Assembly (NCBI GenBank): GCA_001642005.1
Contig: LWCA01000099.1
Location: forward strand, 1 to 55,181
Source of the DNA: Intoshia linei
Lineage: Eukaryota; Animalia; Orthonectida
Direction: 5' to 3'
Length of the DNA: 55,181 bases
The notes beneath the pieces are model-generated. The model did no database searches. It saw only the letters and a list, made by a program, of their open reading frames with translations, and had not been told where the DNA came from. Shown piece after piece: positions 13,788-26,656 of the stretch (position 1 is the first letter of the stretch; each line of letters begins with the position of its first letter). Made by a program: the position numbers and the translations under genes.

Positions 13788-13916
13788 TTTTCGTTTTAAA
13801 AAAAATTAAAATTAAAATTTGCGCCGTAGTATTAACAACAAGACAACAAAGGTGTATTTAAATTGGTTGTTAATATGAATTATATATTCGATATTTAAAT
13901 TTTCAATTTTTCTGCT

Positions 13917-16900
13917 ATGCATATCAAGGAGCAATTGTTGGTGAGATTTAAACCAACCAAAGTTTTTTCGGATAATAGCGACAATATAAACAGCCTAGAT
14001 TTTAGTAGAAACGGTGAAACTTTAATCACTTCGTCTAATGACGATTCCATTCAAATATATGATGCTATGCAGGGAATGTATGTGAATTTATTGTATTTAG
14101 TAAATTTTATTTTAAATTTAGAAGAAAACATTCTTTAAACTCTAAAAAATATGGAGTTTCGTTGATTAGATGCACCCATGCTAATAATACGGCTATTCAC
14201 GCATCAACCAAAGTCGATGGTATTTTTTAATAGTATTTGATATTGATTAGTATAAATATCTTAAAATCTAAATTTTACCAAATTATCGAAATAATCCACT
14301 TTGACAGCCTCGAAGGGTCCATGTGGACCCCAGGGATCCACGCTATATAACAGGGATGAACAGCTAAAGTGATATAATATTTCAGGAACTAAGTTAATAT
14401 TATGATGAAGAAAATACCACTAAATTCAGAAGTGAAAATTTACCATCCTTAAGGGAAAAATCCGTTTTTGCCAATCCTGACTAGAAAAAACATCTTAATG
14501 CAATTCTATAAGAAACAATCCAATTATACCAACCGTTAAAGGAAAAAGCATATTTTTTTCAATAATTTTATAGAGATTGTTCCGGAAAAAAACCGGGATA
14601 TTTAATAATTCCCGGGAATTATTAAATATCCCAGGATTTCCAGAAAAAAATTGAGACATACTTGTATTTGATTTATGTTTGTTATTACTATGAAAATATA
14701 ATTATATTATAATATTTAAAATTTACCATTTCAAAACCATCACTAATAAAATTTAATTAAATATATCATGTCAAGCCCTCATGGAAAAATTGTCTTACAC
14801 CGATATTCTTTTCAAAAATCCGATTTTACGAGATCTTATGAAAAAAATCCACTTTATCAAACCACAAATAAAAAATCTAATTTTTCAGCCCTTAATGGAA
14901 AAATATCCTTTTCCAATACTTATGATAAAAACCTTTTATTCTAACCACAAATTACTAACGCTTGATGGATTTATCTTCTTTTTCCAATATTATTTTGAAA
15001 AATATTATGAGTTGTTACGAGCTGGAACGCTATCAATGATATCATCAAAATTGTTAAAATTAAAGGAAACCCTTATGACCGTTCAACCTACATCAACACA
15101 AAATGAACTTTCTCTATGGTACTTTCTCTACTGTTTCTAATTTCGTTACAAAACGTAGAACGCATTTAAAAGACGAATCTATCAATATTATGTTTTGAAA
15201 CACTTTTTCAACAATCTAGATTCGTGTTATTTCATTAATTAAATTTTTTTTTGTTTCTAAAATTTTTAATGTGTCTAGATTGGATAATAAATAACAAGGC
15301 TAAATATATTTTGTATTATTACGCCAACTAGATAAAACGAAATGATATGCATAGCCACACGGTTGTCTATTAATTACACCAAAATTTCATTGATTTATTT
15401 AGTCATAAAAATAAAATTTGATGATGAAACAACAATAAACTAATTTATATAACTTAAACATTTTTTATATAATTATATACTTGTATACAAAAAATAAGAA
15501 ATTTTTAATTTAATTTTCTAATCTTTTCTTAATATTTTCTCTGTATTTGATTTGCGTCTTTTTTTTTGCGTCACGTGGTCTTTTTATTCATAATTTTAGC
15601 GTATAATTTTTTTTGATATTTTTGACCAGGTTCGGTTAAATTAGTTTTACATATCAATTCGTTAGTGAGCAATACAGCGTTATCGAAATCAATGTCGAAA
15701 TTTTGAATATCATATCTATAAATCTCAGAAAAAACTGAGAAAGCTTGCTTTAGTCTTCCTAAGAATCTTTCAACAGGTGATCTTATGGTACATTGTTCGT
15801 CGTGTTCTTTGATTTGCTTTTAGATGTAAATGCCTTGTAGTCGTGTACACTTCCCACAGTCGATGGACAAGAAAATAATGCATAATGGGGCTTGAATGCC
15901 ATGACGCCTACTTCTTTTTTCAAAGCATTAAACTGGTGTTTCCCATCCCACATTCTTTTTTGTCACATTCCGTACCCTGGTTTATATACTAGTATTGTCC
16001 ACTACAAGCCCTATATATGGATATCTTCCAGATAAAACAGTGGGTCGCCTTCTTTCATCCCACCATTTTTGTATTAACATTTCATTTATTGGCTTTCTCA
16101 TTCGATCAATCGCCTTTGCCACTGTACTTAAGTTTTTCTCATTAAAAATTTTAGCAATTATGTATAAATTTTCACCGGTTTTGAGCCAAAATAGGTATAT
16201 AATTAAAGCTGATATGTCACCAATTTTCGGTTTAGAGCCTCTTCTTCTTAGAAGATGTACATAACTTCTAATTTCTTCAAACATTATCGTTATTTCGATT
16301 TTTGAAAAGTTTATACACTGATGAAACGAGGACGCATTATTTAAAAACTTAAATACCAGATCTTCAGGTTTCTCATCAGAATTTAGCAGGTGGTCAAAAT
16401 TATTAATTTTCTCTAACTTCACTTTATTTTTTTCAATTGATTTATTCAAAAAATTTAAATCCATATGTATTTGTAAATTACAGTGTATTATGATAAAAGA
16501 TAGAGTATTATGACGTTTTAATTAATGCATTTCAAATTAGTCAAATTTATTATAACCATATTTTATTACGTCTATTACATAATCTTAAGCAAACAATCAA
16601 TTTTGTAATCAAATGAATAATTTATGGAATACTTTATGGTAATCAACAGACCGCGGTTTCATTGGTGTCATCAATTAATTTTCAAAACATAATTTATTTT
16701 AAGTTTTACATAATCATCAAATTTGATGACTAATTAGTTTGAAATACAATAACATAATATGAAAATTTACTTGATATAACAAAAAATACCAAGAATTGTT
16801 ATTTTTTATTTATTATATATGAATAAAAATTTTTTATTTTTTCCGGGAAACCACAATCACTAAATTTTACCAAATCTAAGGAAATAAAACCACTTCATCC

Positions 16901-18522
16901 AACCCATCAGAAAAGATCCAAGTTTAACAACCTTTAAGTGAGAAATCCACTTTTTATAATTTTATTTTAAATTTGCGATTTTATTAAAAACATGTGAAAA
17001 AACTTTTTAAAAACGAAATATAATTTTTTCTACGACGTGATTTATATAGCTATGAATATAGCTATATTTCAATATCGTAATATTATTGTGTAGTTTAACA
17101 CAAATTCTGATTATTCAGGGTTTATTTGCGGCTAACAGACAACTATATAATTATTAACATTTTACCTGGAATCTATTCACTACCAAAAATATTGAATTGG
17201 TTGAATAAATATCTATATAATTTAATATTCCTTTCCCTAATTTAATTAAAGGTAAGACTTATGTTTTTCTACGACGTGAAATATATTTATCGATATATTG
17301 ATTTGTAGATATATTTCAATGTCGTAATATTATTGTATAGTTTAACACAAATTCTGATTATTCAGGGTTTATTTGCGGCTAACAAACAATGTATTTTAAA
17401 TTATTATTTTCGATTTCTTACATTTTTTCTAGACACTATTCGCTACCTTTCTCTTCATGATAATAAATACATACGTTATTTTTCTGGGCACAGCAAAAGG
17501 TGATAAATTTTTTAATTTGTTAAATATTTTATTCATTTAGAGTTATTAATTTGGAAATGTCTCCTAATGACGATACATTTATTTCTAGTTCGGAAGACAA
17601 TACTTTTAGGATTTGGGATTTGAGATCTCCAAATTGTCATGTAATTTTTTTCCAAGCACAGTCAATATTTCAATAATCAAAAAAGAATTTTTTGAAAAAT
17701 TAACCGTATGAATAAGATGGTGATCTTAAGTCATTTCTAAGCTGGCTTAGGTATTGGTTGTTCATGTTGCATTTTAAATGTTACCAGTCACTAGACTAAA
17801 ACCAATAATAGAAATCAAGGATGGAAATGCTTTTATAATATTTATAATTTAGGGACTTATTAAAAGCGATAATAGTATTCTCGCATCTTATGATCCAGAA
17901 GGTATCCTTTTTGCCATTGCGTCTGAAAATGAAAAAATAAAACTATTTGATAAACGTTCATTTGATAAGGTTAACTAAATTTTTGTTGTATAACATTGTT
18001 TTATAGGGACCATTTTTAACTTTTAAGTTGGAAGGAATTGAAGGATTTGGAACATGGAATAGCATTAAATTCAACCCTAATGGAAAAAATATTTGCTTAA
18101 TGACTCAAAATAATTCCCTTATTTTGGTTAATGCTTTTAAAGGAAACATTGTGCATACATTTTCGGTATCATTTTTTTGAAATAAATGTAATTTTTATAG
18201 GATCACGTTACTTCTAAACCAGACAGTAATTTCGATTTTACACCAGATGGAAATTTTTTGTTTAATGGTACTTTATTTTATGTAAATAATTACATTCTTG
18301 TTATTAGTATCTGCTTCAAATACTTTAAATTGTTGGAAATTGAGCGATGGTAAACAAATATCCACCATTCCCGTCAAACATAAATCTAAATGTCAACATG
18401 CACTGTTTAACCCTCTTTACATGTCCATTGCTACTGCAGGATCAGAAATGGTAATTAGTATAATGCACATTATTATATTTGTTTATTTTTAGATCATTTG
18501 GCTTCCCGAAATCGGAGCTTGA
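13917..18522 (+). CDS. WDR82: WD repeat protein 82 (Swd2; COMPASS/PNUTS-PP1 subunit), 9 exons
   Basis: Spliced translation contains [28 protein letters not shown]|[53 protein letters not shown] and ends IIWLPEIGA*. Confidence 0.95.
14571..16862. mobile_element. hAT-derived element in WDR82 intron 2, carrying a hAT C-terminal fragment
   Basis: TIR TAGAGATTGT / ACAATCACTA flanked by direct repeat AATTTTA. Fragment [32 protein letters not shown] at ~15060-15200 resembles the hAT dimerization domain. Confidence 0.65.
15358..16656 (-). mobile_element. PIF/Harbinger (ISL2EU-like, DDE_Tnp_4) transposase pseudogene nested in the hAT element
   Basis: ORF 16464-15982 (HTH-like [16 protein letters not shown], then GLVVDNTSI) continues through breaks as [34 protein letters not shown]. 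Imperfect TIRs at ~15358 and ~16656. Confidence 0.75.
17024..17389 (+). repeat. ~120-bp direct duplication in WDR82 intron 2
   Basis: TTTTCTACGACGTGA...GATTATTCAGGGTTTATTTGCGGCTAACA occurs at ~17024-17143 and ~17264-17389. Confidence 0.85.
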
Positions 18523-18601
18523 GTATCCAACGAAAGAATTTGTTTCCAAAACAATACCACTGACCAACATATTGTTTACCATATTGTAAAATAAATTGTT
18601 A

Positions 18602-19403
18602 ATGAATGAAAAATCTTTTAAAGTGAAATACACTCCAAAATCTTTGGTGACAATTTCCGAAAGTGGAGAAAAGGAGGACACAAATTTCACAAAAACTGAG
18701 GATGATTCTTTAGAAAGTGAAAATTTAAAAGAATTCGAAATAAGTGAGATGTCTGAACGATATCCAATATATTCCAACCAAGATGTACGAAAATCTTCAG
18801 AAAAAAGTTGTGCTTTATCTGTCTTAGTGAGCGAACCAACTCAATTGCCGGATACAAAAGAGGCCAGTTTAGTTGACGACAAAAGTTGTTTAGGTTCTGA
18901 GGAAAAAAAAGAAAATATTCATTTGAATCAAACGTTTCTAGAGTACTTGGAAGATGATGCTTATTTAAAAGATATGATTCAAAATGATTTTCTTTATAAA
19001 ATAGCACCAAATCCAATAGATGTGATTCCATATGACCACGTAAAACTAATTTCTAACGATTTAAAAGAAATTATAATCGAGACTCACTATGCAACAGTGT
19101 CGGGGAAAATAAAAGCTATAATAAACTCACCAGGTATGATATTTAAAATGTAAATGAATTAAACATTTTCATTAGAAAACCTCGAAAACCCTCAATTGAA
19201 TAGAATCATTTTTCGTGACATTCCGTATAATTTAGTATTTACATTAATTTAAGTAACGTAGATCATACATTTTGGACAAGATTTGCGAATATTTTGTATA
19301 TCAACGCAAGTATTGCTTAACATCCGCAGAAATCCCAAAATTTAATATTCCAACAGAAATTGCTCTCGAACTCTTAAAGGCTTCAAAATTTTTAGAATGT
19401 TGA
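18602..19403 (+). CDS. ELOC: Elongin-C homolog with long acidic N-terminal extension (240 aa; exons 18602-19133, 19176-19224, 19262-19403)
   Basis: C-terminal part HVKLISND..SGKIKAII..IIFRDIPSYILDKICEYFVYQRKY..EIPKFNIPTEIALELLKASKFLEC* aligns with Elongin-C [56 protein letters not shown]. Confidence 0.85.
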
Positions 19404-22400
19404 TCAGTTTAATTTTATAAATATATCAATAAAATTTCCATGGTCTTGTTCATAAAAATAAGAATGATAAATCCTCTTGTGAAATACAAAGTTATGATTC
19501 GTTAAAATTTTCAAAAAATTTTTTGTTTTTTGTTTCAATTTTTTGTAGTTTATACTGTGCAATTCATTTATAATTGAAAATATAGACAGAGGTTCCGCAG
19601 TTTTTGAAAAAAAAAGAATGTAGTCATAATTTGAAAGGTTCATATTTGAAATGTATTTAATTGGATTTTCGTTAAATTTACGAGATTCGTTATTATCTAC
19701 ATTAAATATGTCGCAATATAGATATTTAAGACGATTTCTGTCGACGTTTTCTGTACGTGTATAATGATAGTGACTAAAATTTAAAAATTTATGGTATTTT
19801 AAATAAAACCTATATCCTGTATTCGAGTAGCACTGCATAAGGAAAAATATACGAGGATTTTTAATCTTTGAATTCATTAAAAATCGATTTGCATCCAAGG
19901 AACCACGTTGATGAATTATTCCGGCAAATATTATGGTAATGAGATTTACGATAAAAGTTGCATATAAAAATCTTATCAAATTTCTTTTGAAAAATTTGTT
20001 GATGTATAAACTATTTGACATTTCTGGTATCAAAAGTGGCAGTAAAGCATATATAAATCTATATTCTTTGTGAGATATCCCACTATTAGATTTTTATTTC
20101 ATATACAATACTATGCATTTAAAAAATTACCTGTACACACAAATTGTCAGTATGGTAGAAATTGGGATAACAGATTTAAACAATCTTTTGTAAATTGTGT
20201 ATACCAGCAGCGGTGTCATCGTGGTAAAAACCACGGGTATTCCTACGAAAAGATACCAATATGGACTATGTTCACCAAACATTTTTGATTTTTTTTCTAA
20301 GAAATTGAATAAGAAAAAGTTCCATGTTGTACATGTAAGTTTCTTGTAATAGATGGAATCCACTGTAATAAAAAATATAGCAGATATTGATCTAAATTTG
20401 CATTAATGAGGGATTGTCGTTATCATTAACAGATAAATTTTTTAAAAAGTACATTCCTTCCATTAATTGGAATCGTCCATCGTGAGAACTTGGTTCAAAT
20501 TTAAACCAGCAATTCTCTATCTTTTCCAAGTGTAGTCCCCTCAAATTTTTATTTATTATAGACCCTACTGTAAAATCTACTTAAAATTTCAAAATCAACT
20601 TGATAAATAATTTTTCGCTAGATCACGGCAAACATTCTTTAAGTGACATAATGATCGATTTTATTAATCTATCTCTATTAATCAATTTATCCAAAATTCC
20701 TCAGAGTTAAATAATAATAAATTTATAATCATAATATTTATTTTTTGACAATATTTTTGAGGTTTCAAGGTCCTTTAATAACAATGACCAAAATTTTATA
20801 GGATTTTGAAGGGAATATTATTTTTTACTCAATTTTTAAAGATTTTGAAGATAACTTTGGGACCAAAATTTTTTTAGCGTTTTGAAAGAAATATTATTTT
20901 TTTACCCAAATTTAAAGATTTCAAGGTTCTTTAATGACAATGACCAAAATTTTGTAGTGTTTTTAAAAAAAGTTTTTTTACCAATTTTTAAAGGCAATTT
21001 TGGGACAAAAATTTTATAGGGTTTTGAAGGGAATATTATTTTTCTACCCAATTTGTAAAGATTTTGAAGATTATTTTGGAACCAAAATTTTGTAGGGTTA
21101 TAAAAAATGTTTCCTTAAAATTCCTACCAAATATTAAGACAAAAATTATCTTAAAAATATTTAAAAAATAGCTAGAAAAAATAATAATCCCTTCAAAACC
21201 CTAAAAAATTTCGGATATCTAAAAAATAAAATGTTGAACAACTTATAATACCAAAATAAGATAAAGAAACCCGCTAAAATTTCGTGAAAAAATCAATATG
21301 ATAAATTAGTAAAATGGACGATTATGTCTAAGATGTATCGCTCAAATAAATATTGCTCCAGAGAATGGACATCAAAAATTAAATAAGAATTATTATTATT
21401 ATTCACACTTATTTTTTGATATTACAACGTACTTGACAATGAAGAAGAAATGTAATTTTTTTCAAAAGTGCGGCGTAAAATTTTTTAACTTTCAAATAAA
21501 ATGACCATTACATTAAATATTCATAATTCAGTAATGAAAATATAAAAATTAATAGTTATCCCAAAAAACATTATCGACCAGTTTTAAATATTGTAAATTA
21601 TAATATTAAATTAAATTACCCAACAATGGAATATATTTTGAGTGAGGTAAGTATATTTCCATTCTTATAAATATTCAATAATGCGAGAGGTGCTAAAATA
21701 ACCACTGAAGTGGGTCTAATGAAAAAACCAATAGCTACAGATAATACAAATGTATATTTTGTTCCGATAAAATATAAAGCAAGTATCGTAAAAAACCAAT
21801 CAATGCTATTTACTAAGGTTCGTGGTGACATAAATAAGGTAAACCAAGATGTACATTGTAAGAATAAAGCAATGTTAGCGATCGAATGTGAGTAATTTTT
21901 TTGTGTATACTTAAATAACAAATAATCTCCAGTAGCCGTCATAACTGATTGAAAAATTCGAGGTAATTGAATCTAAAAATAAATACATGTATGACGATTT
22001 TAAACATTAATAATCCAATTTTTATTTTTTACAAAAATGTATATTAACATGTGGCAGAGCTAGATGTTTGTACGCTGTATAAAACATAATGCATTTAATA
22101 ATTAAAATTACCATTAATAAATTGCAGTCTAACCCAGTTATTTTTAAAAATCCAAATATTAACGCATAAAATCCAGGGTATATGATGGATCTTAAACTTT
22201 GGTTCCATTCCCAAGTCAAATGACCAATTCTAAATGTTTATATACCGTTTTTTTGATTATTGTACCCATAAACCATTTTGTAAGCAACTTCCACCGATTG
22301 CCAATGCTCGTCCGGTACAAAACTTGTTTGTATTAATAACGAATTTAACAGTCGGAATATTATTAATTTTGCATAAATCATAAATTTTGGATATTTCCTT

Positions 22401-22468
22401 TTTGTATATATAGTAACAAATAAAATAATACAAAGCAGTAATAAAATTATATTTTGAGCCATTTTCAT
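19404..22468 (-). CDS. PIGB: GPI mannosyltransferase 3 (PIG-B), 5 exons
   Basis: Motifs [60 protein letters not shown] and [10 protein letters not shown]. Confidence 0.92.
20627..21343. mobile_element. Foldback-like element (tandem subrepeats in inverted arms) in a PIG-B intron
   Basis: Tandem units GATTTTGAAGATAACTTTGGGACCAAAATTTT..GAAGGGAATATTATTTTTTAC followed by an inverted arm ending TAAGATGTATCGCTC. Same family at 42840-43375. Confidence 0.65.
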
Positions 22469-22532
22469 ATTTTGTAAGAAATTTAAAACATGTAACTGTT
22501 TTTAATGGGTGTAAAAATTGTGATTTTTTAAC

Positions 22533-22800
22533 GAGAATATTCTTAAAACCAACCATTTTTACTAAAAATCCACTTTTACCTACCAATCAAGGGAAAATGC
22601 AGTTTTACCAACCATTAAAAGATTAATCCACTGTTACAAACCTTAAAACGAAAAATCTTTACTTAAAACTTAAAACTTTTTCGTTAAAAACTTAACTACA
22701 TTTTTCCTTTTAGGGTTGGTAAAACTGAGTTTATAATTTTAGTCTTGGTAAAACTAGATTTTTCCCTTAAGGTTTGGTAAATATCGATTTTTCGTAAAAA
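22533..22800. mobile_element. Short copy of the ~31-bp-unit foldback element between divergent PIG-B and PSMD14
   Basis: Starts GAGAATATTCTTAAAACCAACCATTTTT, the reverse complement of the 11260-11290 terminus; inverted subrepeats follow. Confidence 0.7.
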
Positions 22801-22973
22801 TGATTAAATTCAAGAGATAATGATTCATTATTACGGCAATACCCCGTATTAATTTATAATAACCAAAGTTATTTGGATAATTGTGAGTTGTAATAACATA
22901 CAATAATGTAATCGCTATAGTCAAAAAATAAAATAAAGTTTTTTGAATTAATTTGAATAAATATTTTTGCAAT

Positions 22974-25900
22974 ATGAACCGGTTTATAGGACTCAACTCT
23001 GATGCCGCAGACGTATGTGTTTATATATTGTGTTCTATTTAAAAGGGTTAACTATGTCTGAGTGTAGACTCAATTTCTATCATTACAAATTAGCAACATT
23101 TTTATTTTTTTATATATGTTTAGGCTAATCAAACGGACACGGCAGAAACAATCTACATTTCATCCTTAGCTCTTCTTAAAGTAGCGATTCTTTGATTATA
23201 AAATATATTTACATGTAAGGGATGGGTGACATGCGAATAATAACAAATTGTACATTTTTAGCAGCATTAGTTTATTTAGAATTACATTTACATAAAATTT
23301 TAAATTTAAATTTAATTTTTTTTACTCATTTTATGTTATATACAAAACCTCACGCAGGACTGTGAAGAGAGGTTAGTTGTAAGATCGAAATTAGGGTCTA
23401 AAATTTTTTGAAAATGGGATGTCTACACATTCTTAAAAAATTAAAATATTAGACCTTCATAATAGTAGGCAAGGCCGTGGAGAGAGGGTAACATGTACCC
23501 GGTCTACTGTTAGGTCTCCGCAGTCCTGACCGCACATATAATTAGCTGTTTAGTTTTATAAATTTAATTTTATTCTAAGTATTATATAGAAATGATAGTT
23601 TCACTTTATGTTTGTGCCTATTAACCTACTCTTCAATCATAATAATATTAATGGATTATTAGGGTTTAGTAAAATGAGGTTTTTATAGTGTTCTATTAAA
23701 ATGGATTTTTTTTTTATGATTTGGATTATATGAATTTTCTATTTTCACTGAACCAGGAATTATGAATTTAAAAAATATTTCAATTGTTTCGTAGTTGTAT
23801 AATTATTTATTTATAATCGAATGCTATTGAATTCAGTCGAGATTCAATCTTGTAACAAATAAAACATCGTATGTTTCCATCCCTTATTAAACTATTGTGA
23901 CGTATATTTAAGATGTTAAAACACGGTAGAGCTGGAGTTCCAATGGAAGTGATGGGTTTAATGGTTGGAGATTGTGTTGACGAGTTTACAATTTATGTCG
24001 CTGATGTTTTTGCTATGCCACAATCTGGAACTGTATATTTCTAATTCCAATTATGTCGACTTATTCATTTAGGGTGTTAGTGTAGAAGCTGTAGATCCCG
24101 TTTTCCAGTCAAATATGTTGGAAATGCTAGCTCAAACTGGACGTGCTGAATGTGTTGTTGGGTGGTATCACAGGTAAATTCTAATATAATATTTTACAAG
24201 ATTTAACTTTTTAGTCACCCTGGATTTGGTTGTTGGTTGTCGGGAGTCGATATAAACACTCAACAAAGCTTTGAGTCGCTTAGTGAAAGGGCAGTAGCCG
24301 TTGTTATTGACCCAATTCAAAGTGTAAAGGGGAAAGTGGTTATTGATGCTTTTAGGTCCATAAACAATACCATGGTTATAACTAGTGCTAATGAACCTCG
24401 CCAAACCACATCAAATATAGGACATTTAACAAAACCTACAATTCAAGTAATTATATATTGACGGGTCAAGTACAAATTGAAAACATCAATTTAATGATTT
24501 TTATCGGTACTGAGTCAGGTACTGACGATGCATCATTACTGTCCATGTGTATTTGAAAATAGAGTCTCAAACAAAAGCAGATACTGGTCATGATTTACTG
24601 ATCGTAACGAAGTATATGTACGATGGGTGATACCGAAAAATATTGACCATACTTATTTTCATTAAAATCTAACACTATTAGTCACTGATCAATGATTATT
24701 TTTCGACAAAGAAAAACTTGCCTTAAAAATGATAAAAACATATATTTTTCAAACATTTGGAACCATTCACGTGAACGGTCAGCCATATCCAAACCATATT
24801 GTTATTTTATTTAAATTGTGCAAAATGAACGTGTCCCATGAATTAAATGTTTTTTTTCAAATCTGAAAAAAATGGCATTTTAAAACTATGTATAAAGCAT
24901 TAATTAACAGTATTAAGCGATTTGATTAGAACAGTGTTTCTTAACTTTTTAAGTGTCATACCCCACTTTTATCCTTACGAAATTTCTACGCCACACCATA
25001 ATTTGTAACAAATATATCCATAGTAGTGTCCTAACAGATTTTTTTATGCATATATATTACTGCGCCACAAAATGGGGTAAAACGTTAAATTAAAATTTAA
25101 TTAATGAATTAATGTGATTTTTGAGTTTGGTGTTTTTTGTAAAGATTTTCTATTTGAAGCACCATTTTTGTAATCTTTAAACGCAGAATCCCTCTAATGA
25201 TTATGTCCAACTTGTTTTTTTTTTTATTAATAGATCACTAACTGCACTGAAGCCACATTCTTCTAAGTATGAAAAAGGGAAAGGTAACATAACTCATGTT
25301 TCTGTCTCATCACAAAGCCATGACATAACTCTTTTATATGTTGAACATTGATTTCATTGACTCATCATTTTGCATTTCCGAGATAACTCATTGATATTGC
25401 ACCAAGATATCACATACATCCGCTAGCATTGGATGCATCGTCCATACTGGAAATTCAATATTTTTTAAATCAGAAAATCTTTCTTTGAAATCAGAAGCTA
25501 ATAATTTCAAATGATCAACTATTATAAGTACATCAGCATCAGTTACGTCACACCTCTTTAACCAATACACCAGTTTTCTATAGTAAGCCGAGTGAATTTG
25601 TTCGCAAAAAATATGAGAATTTATCAAAGTTTAGATTATCTTGATTTCTTGACAAATTTTCTATGCCCCACGTTGGGAATCACTGGATTAGAACATACAA
25701 TCAAAAAAATTTTAGGCACTGATACATGGATTAAACCGAAGTTATTATTCAATGCCAATTAAATTTTTGAAAGAACCATTAGAAGAAACTGTAATTATGG
25801 TTAATAACATTTTATTTATATATAGATGCTACTTAATCTCAGCAAAAAAACTTGGATGGACGGATTGAAATTGGAAAATTATCAAGTTTGTTCTGAAAAA

Positions 25901-26149
25901 ATTTCTGTAACTTTGAAAAAAATGCTTTCATATGCTAAATCTTTCAAAAAGGTAATGAACCGTTTGAATTTATTCATATTGTATTAGGAACTTGAAGAAG
26001 AAGAAAATATTTCTGCAGTTCAACGGGAACTAAAAAATATTGGTAAAATGGATCCAAAGCGACACTTGATGGAAAGTATAAATGATATAACAAACAGTAA
26101 TGTAACTCAGTGTATTGCAGCCATGATGCATAATGTTGTATTCAAATAA
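22974..26149 (+). CDS. PSMD14: 26S proteasome deubiquitinase Rpn11/PSMD14, 8 exons
   Basis: [36 protein letters not shown] motif [47 protein letters not shown]; ends VVFK*. Confidence 0.97.
23355..23528. mobile_element. Small hAT-type MITE in PSMD14 intron 2
   Basis: TIR CAGGACTGTGAAGA / TCTCCGCAGTCCTG with flanks ACCTCACG/ACCGCACA. Confidence 0.6.
24932..25685 (-). mobile_element. Non-autonomous hAT (Buster/ZBED8-like) element with transposase C-terminal remnant in PSMD14 intron 5
   Basis: TIRs CAGTGTTTCTTAAC / GTTGGGAATCACTG and a perfect 8-bp TSD GATTAGAA (nnnTAnnn). Remnant [44 protein letters not shown]. Confidence 0.88.
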
Positions 26150-26656
26150 GAAATTAAATTGTTTTAAATCAAATCATTTACTCTTTTTATCTATCAACTA
26201 TCAAAGATGAATATTAAATATAACTATATGGGAATATCGGGTTATTACGTTATTATCATTAGTTATTGAGTTGTATTAAAATTTAAATTATACAAAACTT
26301 TGCAAATGGTGAAAAATATGAATAAATAATTTAGCACCCCAACTAGGCTTAGGTTGAAAGTCTAAATTACAAAAAAGCTACATTTTTTATTCTGAAATGA
26401 TTTACATTGAGTGAAGTGTTATAATTGGGATAATGATATTCAATATTTATTTACTTCAATTAATAATAAAGTAATCATAATAAAATTTCACTCCACCAAA
26501 AACAATTTAATACGGTACGTAGTTGTTTAATGTTAAACTCGAGGTTTATTTTGAAACAAAATTTGCAATAATTGAACAAAAATTTTAAATTGAATCCAGA
26601 CTCTTCACACGATATCTTTACAGTAATTTTCGTTAGCAATTAAGAAATAAAAAAAA

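Noticed and set aside
23346-23460. Hairpins plus Sm-site-like AATTTTTTGA suggesting an snRNA or SL RNA
   Set aside because: Lies within a hAT MITE defined by TIRs and a TSD; no snRNA hallmark sequences.
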